A stretch of 64,000 nt of DNA. Source: Ramazzottius varieornatus (Eukaryota; Animalia; Tardigrada). This document shows, piece by piece, positions 50,702-61,690 of the stretch (positions are counted from its first letter, which is position 1; every line of letters starts with the position of its first letter). Location: positions 827,552-891,551 of the forward strand of contig BDGG01000011.1 of the NCBI GenBank assembly GCA_001949185.1, written 5' to 3'. A program made the translations under genes and the position numbers. The notes beneath the pieces were generated by a model. It was not told the origin of the DNA. It saw only the letters and a list, made by a program, of their open reading frames with translations, and did not search any database.

Positions 50702-50987
50702 GTTCGGGCGGAAACGGAATTCGGCAGTCGACTCCTCAGGACTCTGAGTCAGGAGGTTATGGTGACTGCCCCGAACGACCGGGAGCCCAATGGCTGCAAG
50801 GGCGATTGGCACGAGCCTGTTCAACTGGCGACCTGCCATTCCAAAAGGCCAAGTACCAACCTAACACTCTGTACCAACTGTTGGTTTTTATGGTTTTCTT
50901 CACCCGGATACCGGAATCCGACATCTGCCCGGTCTTTCTTGTGCGCACACCTGCATTCTTAAGGTATCCCTGCTTTGCCGACCGAGA

Positions 50988-53900
50988 ATGGCCGACTATG
51001 ATCCGGACGCTCTGTATAACGTGGAAGCCGTGAGGGATCACAAAGGCCGTGCTCCTTACCGACAATTCTTCATCAAATGGGAGGATTATGACGAGTAGGA
51101 ATCAACTGGACATTTCCGAATCTCTCAAGTATCCGTGCCGAGACATTCATGTTTTATCTTTGCAGATCGACGAACACGTGGGAGCCCGAGGCCAACCTCG
51201 TGTACAATGAAGTGACTCAGACGTACTGCAGGGAGAAAGGATTACCGCCCATCGTCGATCCAGTAGCCGAGAAGGAAAGGAAAAGTGGGTTCTGAAGTCT
51301 ACTAACCGTTTGAATCTTCCTTCGTGCCAAACATATCAATAAGCTACGTCCCTTTGGCCTTTCAGAGCAAGAACGAGCGGAGAAACTTGCGCGGAAAATA
51401 AGTAAGACGGCTTAGTTTTTTTGTAGTCGCCTCCGTCTACTTCCAGAACTTCCAAAATCCGTAGTTAGAAATTCATCTCAGACTTCCTGTTGCAGAAAGG
51501 GAAGAGGAAGAAGAACGATTACGTAAGGAGAAGAAGCGAGGAAGGAAAGAAGCGGAAAGACGACGTCTGGAAGAGGAAGCTGCTGGCAAGTGTAAGTCCA
51601 GAAGCAGCTGAAGCTTGCGAGAAATCCAGAAGCCTAACCTGTCTTCGCTGACCGTTTTCTCCAGACAAGTTACCAGCCCCACCACCTGCTTCCAAAGTCT
51701 CAACTCCTCGCGCCGATTCACCTGAGATCCCGCTAGATCTGAGTCGCCAGGTTAGTAATCCCAGGTCACGTCGCCGTTTAGATCGGACAATATCGAGAGA
51801 AATTTAACATTTCATTTCAAAAGGATTAATTTCCATAGCGAGCTGTAGGGTAATTCCTCTTGAATTGCTGATATAGTGATTGTTGCATGGCTGTGTGCTG
51901 TACGACTAGCCAGGCCAGCACTTCCTGTTGCAACGGCCTTGTGTTATGATTTTTGTAGGGGAGGGCTTCTGTGACCTCAGCACCCGTTTCTGTTACGCCC
52001 TCTTTCGCGCCGCTCATTGTGAAGTTACCAGCGCCTCGTCCAAGAACTCTTTCCGTTTCTTCCGAGAGCTCAGTCGAGTTCGTGGGTACCTCAGGGTCAT
52101 CAAAGGCTGCTTCGGCGTCAGCTAGTACTTCCAAAGCATCTTCCTCCAGTCCGGACCAGCATTCAAAGACGGACGTATGGAACCGCGACAGCGAAGACGA
52201 CGGCTCGGACGAAGAGGACGGTCCAGAGCTCTTCAGCGTCAGGAAAGTGCTAGCTATGAAGGGTGTCGCTCCGAAGAGAGAATTCTTTGTACAATGGGAA
52301 GGCTATGAATCGTAAGTGATAAAATGAAGCTTAAGAAAGCAGAATAAAATGTCAACATGGAGAAGTGGAATTTTGATGCTGGAATCTTTCTGGTTTCAGG
52401 GAAGACGATACTTGGGAGCCCGAGTCGGGTGTTGGTCATTTGGATATCGTCAGAGAGTTCATAGCCAGGAAACAAGCCGAGAAAGATGTCAAGGAGAAGG
52501 CGGAGACGAAGAGGAAAAGAGAAATTTCGGAGGCGAAAGAGAAAGCTTCATCCAAGGCCACATCGTCCACTTCCGGTTCGACATCTGTCAAGAAACCGGT
52601 GAAAGCAAGTTCTGACAAATTCACCGCTCTCCTACAGAAAGGTACGAAATAGTTGTGTAAATCATGACGAAAGTGAAACGATCTGATTTCTCTGATCGGT
52701 GTTACTTTTATAGATGGGAAGAAAGCCAGCATCAGTTCGACTTCTGGCTTCAAAGTTCCGAAAGCGAAGACCCAGACAAAGATTAGCGAAGAGTACAAGG
52801 CCTTGTGGCAGAAGCAGCTTGGTCTGAAAGACCCCGAGCCAGTCAACACGGCAGCTAAGACTCTCCACCCATTTCTTAATGCGTATTCGCCTTCTCTCCT
52901 CTTGACTCCCACTCCGGTCCCGAAACCTCCCGAAGTCCAGCATCCCGCGCCTATACCAGTGCCCGCACCCGCACCGGCTTTCAAGAAGGGTCCAGAAAAG
53001 CCGGTCAGAGTATTCAATATACCGGCACGTGTCGTCGAAGTCTACCCCGATTACCTCCCGGGTAAGGAACAACACTGTACCGCTGACAATGTTTTTTCTT
53101 ACGTTATTTTGTCGATTGAAACATTTGTTTATTGGTCAATCGGTTTTTGCAGATGAAGCAATCAAGAAAGAATTTCCAAATGAACATTTTGCGATGGTGA
53201 AGATGGTATTGGGAAGTAAGTTTCGGACTGACGAAATTCTCGAATAGAAAGCATAATATGGATGCTCGACACACAAGCCCCACAGGATGATTTCCCCATG
53301 TGGCGCTCGGCTGGAGTGTTATTGGCTGGAGGCGTGCGCCACTTGGCAAACTCGACAGGTTTATTCTTCATGTGGCGCACGTTTCCAGTATTCTTGGCTG
53401 GTAGCGTGCGCCCCTTGGAAAGGCGATTTGTCGGGTTTGCCTGCCGAGCTCCCACATAGCTTGAAAAGTGAATACTTTTGGGGAGATTTTCGGGCAGAAA
53501 GTAAGAAGAATGATCAAACAGCGCAAAAGGTTTCTCGTAGCGAAAGTCCATGAACCGGAAAAGAAAGAGGAACCCAGTCGGTCAGGCTTGCCGGACGAGT
53601 TAGACGACGTCTGGCGTCCTCCGTCAGAAGATCGCTTCGTCGCTCTCTACAACCGGCTGAGTTGCCTGCGCGACAAGTCCACGTTCTTTAGTGGACCACC
53701 GGAGTCGCCGCTGGTGACTTCAAGTGACCACATGTTCGAGCGAGCCATGCCAGACTTAAGACAGCTGGACTGGAACAAGGGCTTTCGCATCCCCGAAGTC
53801 ATTGGCAACTACATGGACTATTTCAAGAATCGGCTACTACCGGCGCATCAGCACGCTATGTCTTGGACATCTCCTCGTAAGTAGCAACGACTGGTTAGAG

Positions 53901-54462
53901 GTTCTGTGAGGCTGGTACAAAAATCTAGAGACGTCTCACGCTCCTCCATACACTGCCCTGTACGTTTCGACGGGGCGGGTGCATGCAGGAACTTGCCCAA
54001 GAGAACTTGCATACATTGTGCTGCATCTTTGTTGTGCTGGTTGCGTACGCAGGTGCTTGTCGGTGCATTATCTCATCAACCTGCGTACACTAGACCATGT
54101 TTTCACATCGATGGTCAATTATGCAGGTTTGTGCAATGTGGCAATATTCCGTTTCCGACGTGTCAGTCGATCCTTGGTCATTTGGCTGGGCTCTATGTTG
54201 ATTGTTTTCTGAGTCCTATTTTCCTGAAAACTAGATGTATCGAAAAGTGGCTGAATGTTTCGCAGCGACCATGCTGAGGTTCACGCCGAGGGAGGTTCCG
54301 GCCAGCCTGCACAACGAACTGAAGGATCCAGATGTGATGTTACACATGGGCCGTGACGTGATGAACTACGCCAAAGAGAAGAACCAACAACGCTGTTCCA
54401 AGCAGATCGTTCGACCTGGACGTCTTCGGGGACCTCGACGCTCCGCTTCACACCGACGCTGA
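50988..54462 (+). CDS. Protein with two separated chromodomains and an unassigned C-terminus
   Basis: CD1 LYNVEAVRDHKG...FFIKWEDYDE|STNTWEPEANL; CD2 LFSVRKVLAMKG...FFVQWEGYES|..DTWEPESGV. Multi-exon; the 3' end is less certain. Confidence 0.75.
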
Positions 54463-55197
54463 ACCGGTGCGATCTTCTCGCTGTCTTTCTCGATGTTCCT
54501 GTGTTTTGAATTTCATTCATATGGCTTCTTACGCCTTCGATATTACGTTTCTTGTTTAATTTTGTAATTTCTCCAAGTCCTTTGCCACGGGATTAATTTC
54601 CTGGCTTTTTTGCCTTTCCTACTGACGTACAAAGTGGCGGTTCCTCCTTCGACACTGCAGATTGTACTGTGTACTGTACGTTGACGCTCCTCGCTGCTAG
54701 ACTCGTCGTAAACACACCTGTACTTACCGTTTGTACACGGTGGAGACCTTGATGTTCGAAATGTAATAAAATTCTAATGCAGGAAGCGTTTGCCTTTTGT
54801 GTGGCCGTGAAGACGTGTAAAGACAACAAAGCGCCGCCGGCGAAGCGGCTAACATTCATTCACGAGCAAACGTTTTGTTTATGAGCCAAATGTTGGCACT
54901 CGTGCCATTGAAGTCCTACGCTGCCACTGCGTGAATTATCTGACTGACAGCTGACAAAAAAAGAACGTCTGTGTTGCAGTCACCCGTGAGTTGGTTGTCT
55001 TTTGAAACTTATTGAGAGCATCCTGTTTGGCAAAAGTCCCAGTTTGAATATTCGGCTTTGTCCATTTTTTTTGCTATGGCTTCTCCGGTCCGTTTTCTAC
55101 TGCTGGGAGAGTGCTTTGCGAACTCATGGGTATTACGGTGTCGATAAGAAGTGAGCCTCAGCGTTTCCCAAGTATCGCAACGTAGGATCGCGCCATA

Positions 55198-58100
55198 ATG
55201 GCGGCGGGAAGAATGGACGGGATCGTTCTCAACCCTGGCCAAGATGATCTCATGGTAAGTCACGTTTACCTTGGATAATTACATGAATGTTTCGCTGAGA
55301 CAGACATGCCACATATTGAACGTTCGGTGTTGGACAAAATGACGTCGGGTGTGTTTCCAAAGCTGAAACTTCTTGCCTTTTCCGCTTCTAGTATGTGGAA
55401 CCATATGAAAAGAGTTTGCCGAAGAAGATCGTGGTCTGGATCGCCATCGTTCTAACAGGTGGAATACTGGGTCTTGTGTTTTTCTGGAGGAGAGACTGGT
55501 ACGCCAAGGCCACCGGACGTCTGACGAGCATCCAGAGAGCCAACCTTCTAGTTTTACGGGTGAGTCCATCCATTCTTACAGCCTGCAACATCCGGTAGAA
55601 GTTTTGTTTATCATGCAGCCACATGTTGCACTTTTCGTATCGTAATTTTCGTCTTTCTTTATTTACAGGATACCTATCATGATTTCTTCGTATCGGAGGT
55701 CCATGACATGGCACTCAGAACCCGGTTCTACAAGTCAGTCCCCTTATCATCAAGCATCTGATGTGTTTTCCTGTCATTTATGAACAATAATCATGCCTGA
55801 TGGTTTGTGTGTATCTTCAAAGGAAGCCGCCTAAAGGCAGCATTCAGGAACACGCGCCACTCACCACTCCATCCTTTGAGTCAAAAGTACGTCGAAAAGA
55901 ATTAGTTACTACCTTGATGATACTCCATGATGTGGCTGAACGTTTCAGGGAGAATTCGAGAATGCGAAGTTGTTGAGGTTTTTCGACTGCAAAAGGGTTC
56001 GCTACATTTGGAACACTAGCACTGCCCAGTTCGTCAAACTGCTTGGCATCCCGGACGAAGTACCGTTGGGGTACTTTGACGGGGACCGCGCTAACGGACT
56101 GGACGATCTCACCAGATCTCAAAGGTGCGCCCTAACTTTGTCTTCAAAGATGACTGGACCGTGCAAATGTAATCCCTCAAGTGTTGCCGTTATCACGTTT
56201 CCAGTGTTATCGGCTGGGATCGTGCGCCACTTGGAAAGCTCGACAACATTGTTTCGTCGAAGTGGCGCACGCTTCAATTGACGCTCTAAGTTGTTCTCCG
56301 AGTTCTCATATCCTCATTTTTCGGAACAGGTTGAAATTGTTTGGGCTGAACGACATTGCCGTGAAGGTCGATCCGATATGGAAGCTGTTCGTCAAAGAGG
56401 TAAAAAATGAAAATTAATTCCAGCTGATCAGTTTCCTTTGCGTACCTTTAAATCTTCCATTTGTCTACCGTATGCCTATTTTTTGTTTTTGTAGGGGCTG
56501 ACGGTCTTTTACATGTTTCAATTGTTCAGTATTATTCTGTGGTACATCGAACCGTAAGTGCGCATGACCCAACAGCAACAATCCCTGCGTAATCTTTTCC
56601 ACACGCGTTTTACGAGCGGCTTTCCTCACTTGCTTGTTGCTCTTTCCAGATACACCGTCTACGCGTCAGTCATTGTTGCCATATCTGTCCTTTCGCTCAC
56701 CTCCCAAGTAAGCAAGCTTTTGTGCTGACAGAAGCTTCTGGTTCAAAAGGTAATACAGTATGCATTATTGCTTTGTAGGTCTTCCTGACATATCGTCAAC
56801 AACACGCCCTGAAGAAACGGGTGCAAGACTACGACAACGTGAAAATCTTAAAGTCAGATGGAAACACCGCAATGGTTCCAAGTGAAACCCTGGTACCTGG
56901 TGACATCATCCTGATTCCGACAAACGGCGGGAAAGTCGTTTGCGACGCGGTTTTGCTGACTGGGCAATGCATCGTCAACGAAAGCTCGCTCACAGGTGAC
57001 TTTTGCAATTTGTTAGCAATAGGCTCAAGTGGGCAAATGAACGAAACCAGACCATGTTCCTAAGTGGTGCATACGCTCAGCTAACAACAACGAAGAAGTG
57101 CGCCACCTGAAATATCGATCTGGCTTAAATCATTTACCCACGTCTTAGGTGATAATCATGATAACCGATTGGTTCAACTCTCAGGGGAAAGTGTTCCTGT
57201 GTCGAAGGTAGCGGTGTCTTCGGCCGACAAGGACCAACTGTTCACAGTGCGAGCCTATACGCGCAACATGATTTCCTGCGGAAGCAAGATTTTGCAGTCG
57301 CGCGGTGCTGACGGACAGTTGGCCAAAGCCATGGTCATCCGGACAGGTTTCATGACGTCGAAGGGAGAACTGATTCGGAGCATCATGTACTTTCGGAACA
57401 TTGACTTCCAGTTCCAGAACCAGACGTACTGGTATATCGGAGCGTTGGCTGTAATGGCTGTCATCGGCATGATTTATGCCATCATCGTTCTCAAGGTACG
57501 CATTGACCGGGAAATACAGTTTTTTAGGATCACCCAGCTGGGTGCAGTCTCAAATACGGGGCGTATAGCATTAAAAAAGACTTAGAGTGGGTAAATCTAA
57601 ATTTCCCGAATGAATTGTCGACGGCCAATAGGACAAATGATTCGGCTGGCCCGTGTCGATAGATACGTGTGTAAGTTTTTTCACCTTTAGAGAACTCCAG
57701 GAATAGAAGACAGCGAAATCACCATCCGCGCTCTGGACCTAGTGACCATTGTCGTGCCACCAGCCCTACCCGCTGCTCTAACTGTGGGTATCGTCTTTTC
57801 GCAATGGCGCCTCGGTAAACTGAAAATCTTCTGCATCAGCCCGCGTACCATCAACATGTGCGGTCTCGTCGACCTCGTCTGCTTCGACAAGGTCCGATGC
57901 AAATTCGAAACAAATGTGTTTTCAGCGAAATCATCAAGCCGACTACATTTCAGACGGGCACCCTCACTGAAGACGGGTTAGAACTCAGGTCCGTCCTTCC
58001 TGCTGCAGTTCCCAAGAACCCGAACAATGAAAATCACCGGTTTCGTGAAGACAAGACGGACGTTCAGTACAGTGACAACGAAGAGCCCATGGTTCGGGCC

Positions 58101-61100
58101 ATGGCAGCCTGTCACTCCCTGTCCCTCATGACAGAATACGAGTCGGACGTCTCCACGGGTAAACTCCAGACGGCCAAGCTGATCGGCGACCCACTAGACT
58201 TAATCATGTTCGAAGTCACGCAGTGGAAAGTCATTGAAGAAGCTTATCCGCCGTTTGGAAGCTCGATTGTCCGCATAGTTCACTCGCCGTTCGCCAGACG
58301 AGAGAGCTCCGCGAAGGCAGACAGAGGAGTGGAAGGACTCGTACTGATCAGGGAGTTCCCTTTCTCATCCGCGCAACAGAGAATGGGTGTGGTAGTGTAC
58401 AATACGATTGCGACAAAGTTCGAGTCTTTCGTCAAAGGCTCAACGGAAAAAGTTGTTTCCCTGTGTGATAGAAATACAGGTAGATGCCTATGATGTCTTT
58501 AGACCAAACTGCAGCTCGGCGCAGACTAGACAAATCGTTTCCCCAACTGGCGCACACATCCAGCCTATGGTACTGACAACGCCCGCCACTGGGGAAAACA
58601 ATTTTGGCGAGTTTTCCTAGGTGGCGCACGTGTTCGGCGTTGTTGGCAGGAAGGGTGCGCCAATTGGAAAAACGATATTGTAGAGTTTGTGAACCTAGCT
58701 CCCAGCAGTCCTTTGAAAATTTCTAACGGCTTGATTTTCAGTGCCAAGTGATTGTATGGCTCGGTTGGAAGAGTTTTCTTCACAAGGGAACCGTGTGATT
58801 GCGCTCGCATGGAAGCCTCTTCCCACATCCTCGTTCGAAGAAGCGCGTAAGGTTTCCAAAGCTGAGGCAGAGTCCAACTTAACTTTTGTCGGTCTGGTCG
58901 TCTTCGAAAACCGTATCAAGCCGGATTCGCCTTCAGTCATCGAGGAACTGACCAAAGCCGACATTCGCACCGTTATGCTGACCGGCGATAACATGCATAC
59001 CGCCATATCCATTGCCAGAAGTTGCGGCATCGTTCATCCCGAAGACCAAGTAGCAATCGTCGAAGCCGACCAAGCCCATGTGAATTTCAACAAAATCCGG
59101 TCCCATGGAGAAGCTTTGTTGTCGAATGGGACCTCAGCGAACGGACACCTCAACAAAGTATGTCGCAGGAAAGATACTCAGTGCAGACAATAGTTCGGCA
59201 AATATGAGTGCGACAAAATAATCTTTCCAAGTGGCGCACGCTTCTAGTTACTGATAAATGGAACGTGCGCCACGTCGAACAACAATCTTGTCAGGTTCTT
59301 TTCCCCAGCTCTCAAACAAGTCACCAGTAACTCCCTCCTTCTTTCAGGCTTTCTCCTACGATTCCCAAACCTCCGTGACGAGTAACGAAGCCGAGAAAGC
59401 CGTGTCGAAAGAAGTGCTCGCCCTGACTGGTGACACTCTACAAATCATTCGGACTTCTCATCCCCACCTGCTGCAGCAGATCATTCTTCAAGGGACAGTA
59501 TTCGCGCGAGTCTCCCCGCTGGAGAAACAATTTATGGTGGAGCAGTTCCAGTCGGTAGGATACCAAGTAGCCATGTGTGGTGATGGAGCCAACGATGTCG
59601 GAGCTCTGCGGGCCGCTCATGCTGGAATCTCGCTCTCCGAGTCTGAAGCGGCTGCTGCTGCGCCATTCACAAGCACAAATCCCTCCATTGCCTGTGTTCC
59701 CCTCGTCTTACGCGAAGGTGTGTTTTATCACTTTTGTGATACCCTGGCAGTACGTGAGCGCGTTGCAGAACAGGGCAATAGACGATCCAACAGTTGTCCG
59801 CAACGGTGCCTTGGAAAAAAGGGAGAGGTAATAATTTACAAACATAGAAACCGAATGGTCCACTTTTGCTTGCCTCAGAATACTGCAAAGAAACACATAA
59901 GCTGAAAAAGAAACACACCAGAATAATACTTTGTGAGAAGGAGTGAAAATCATGGTAGAAAAAGGGAAAGAATAACGTGTTGAAACAACAATGGTGGTGA
60001 GTCTAGTCAGACGGACAGGGCGATCCACGTTACCGTCGGCTTAACCGGTGTTTCGAGGCACCGGCGGTCTGGGTGTGATATACCGTCGTGACGCGCTGTA
60101 GCGCCTTCCCATAGGCTTAAGCCTGGTGGTCTGTAGACCGGGCCTTGCACCGCTTGAGAAAGCGATCTTGTCGAGTTTCTGTTTGCCAAGGAGATTCCCC
60201 AAAAGCCCGATGTTCCGAGGGCTCTCCGAAAGGAGTTTGAGAAATCAAAAGAAAATTGACACCGCGGACGATTGCGTTGTAGATGGACAAAATTATATTA
60301 TTTTGGACGTCGGTAAACGAATCTTCTAGATCGTTTTTCGAAGTGGCGCACGTCCTCAGCTAGTAACATCGAAAACTTGGGCCACTTGGCATAACGAATG
60401 ATGTCTTTTGCCGACGTACCATTCACTGGTTCAGTTGGGTTTTGCTCCATGCTAAATTGCGCCGAAGCTGCCGCCAGTACTTTTATCCTCTCTTCCAGCT
60501 TGTTCCAACCGAGGGGCATGCACTAGTGTTGTTTTTGCAGGTCGATGCGCACTGGTGACGTTCTTCGGTATCTTCTTCCTGATGGCGACCTACAGCATGT
60601 CGCAATTCATTTCCTGCTTACTTGTCTACTGGACCGGTGTCACCCTGACTGACTGGCAGTTCCTCTACGAGGACCTTTTTGAGCTAACTATCCTGGCCAT
60701 CGTCATCGCCTTTGCTGAACCGTTCCACCATCTTTCACGCGATCCAGCACCGTCCAGCTTGAAGTCCTTCCCTGCATTATTCTCTTTGCTGGGACACGTC
60801 ACCCTCATCATGGCCGCACAAATCATCGCCTTCAAGGTGGTTCAGACTCTACCTTGCGACCTGTCAGCCTTACCCAACGATACGACAGCGGAAAACGGAA
60901 CGGGGTCAGAAATTTCCATGACGGCTGGGAAACCATTGTGGGGAACTGGCTGCGAGACTTACGCCGTGTGGACGGTGGGAACGATACAGATTGTGGTGTT
61001 GTCTTTCATCTTCGCCAAAGGAGCACCGTATCGACGGCCCTTCTATACCAATTGTAACGTCGGAAAGAACCTTGCACGAACACGTTCTTCCCTCTCTGTT

Positions 61101-61668
61101 ATTGATACCAGCTCCGTTTTTGTGCTTGCAGACCTTCATGTCATTTGTGGCGTCGGCATGATCCTCTTCGATCTGGTTTGCATGCTGGGTCCAACATACC
61201 CCATTCTGAGCGTCTACGAGGTACATAAGACGACCTTCTGAAACTGCCGACAAGAACGATTCCTAAAGATACTTGGCTTTCAGATGTCGAAGCCAGCGGA
61301 CTCGGTGTTTGGATCTCGGTTTATTTTTCTGGGCATCATAATAGGCTACGCCATTTTAGCTGCTTTTTTCCAGGCAAGTCAGCTGTACGCGCCGGTGGGG
61401 TGCGAGAAGTCCCATCAAAGTTATCTAACGGATTGAAAGACTTACAGCAAGCTTTTGTTCTTTGTAGTACGTAATCATCGATCTACTGGTGACAAGATGG
61501 CTGAACAAAAGCCACCGCTTCCGGCATTGGCGGTCCGAAACGCGCGCTGACGTGGAGGAAAGACTACGCGAGTCAATCATGAGTCGTTACGCTAGTGCCA
61601 ATCTGACTTATCGGAACCTCGCTTTCTCGTCTGACACCGACTTGACGAAATCGAGCGCGCACCACTAG
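55198..61668 (+). CDS. P5B-type ATPase (ATP13A2/3-like polyamine transporter)
   Basis: TGES, PPALP, FDK|TGTLT, KGS, TGDN, GDGAND, P5B-type YSMSQF and QFLYED. About 17-18 exons, including a GC-AG intron at 61374. Confidence 0.93.
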
Positions 61669-61690
61669 ATCATCATTTTACATTTTTCTT

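Larger units (their letters stand above)
377..60390. repeat. Dispersed palindromic repeat family, core AAGTGGCGCAC-N25-GTGCGCCACTT, about 36 loci with 1-3 tandem units each
   Basis: Loci start near 489, 2006, 3855, 4650, 6055, 6919, 8337, 9354, 10980, 11749, 12625, 13630, 15719, 16604, 17274, 17669, 18491, 19380, 23724, 26536, 27235, 32926, 34317, 38689, 39687, 40323, 46168, 46722, 47364, 48122, 53300, 56200, 57062, 58546, 59229, 60341. Outer arms resemble AAACTCGACAAGATCG...CGATCTTGTCGAGTTT. Confidence 0.93.

Noticed and set aside
50858-50865. AACCTAAC as a TTAGG telomerase template
   Set aside because: An 8-mer is expected by chance, it lies at the 3' end of the structured segment with no pseudoknot downstream, and the species' repeat is unknown.
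377-60390. Palindromic repeats read as a CRISPR array or bacterial REP/BIME elements
   Set aside because: The context is spliceosomal-intron eukaryotic DNA, the copies are dispersed with related rather than unique spacers, and there is no cas or RAYT gene.
405-60519. Many short ORFs sharing peptides such as KWRT, SGAR, CATW, VAHV and VRHL, read as a protein family
   Set aside because: These are six-frame translations of the palindromic repeat core inside introns.
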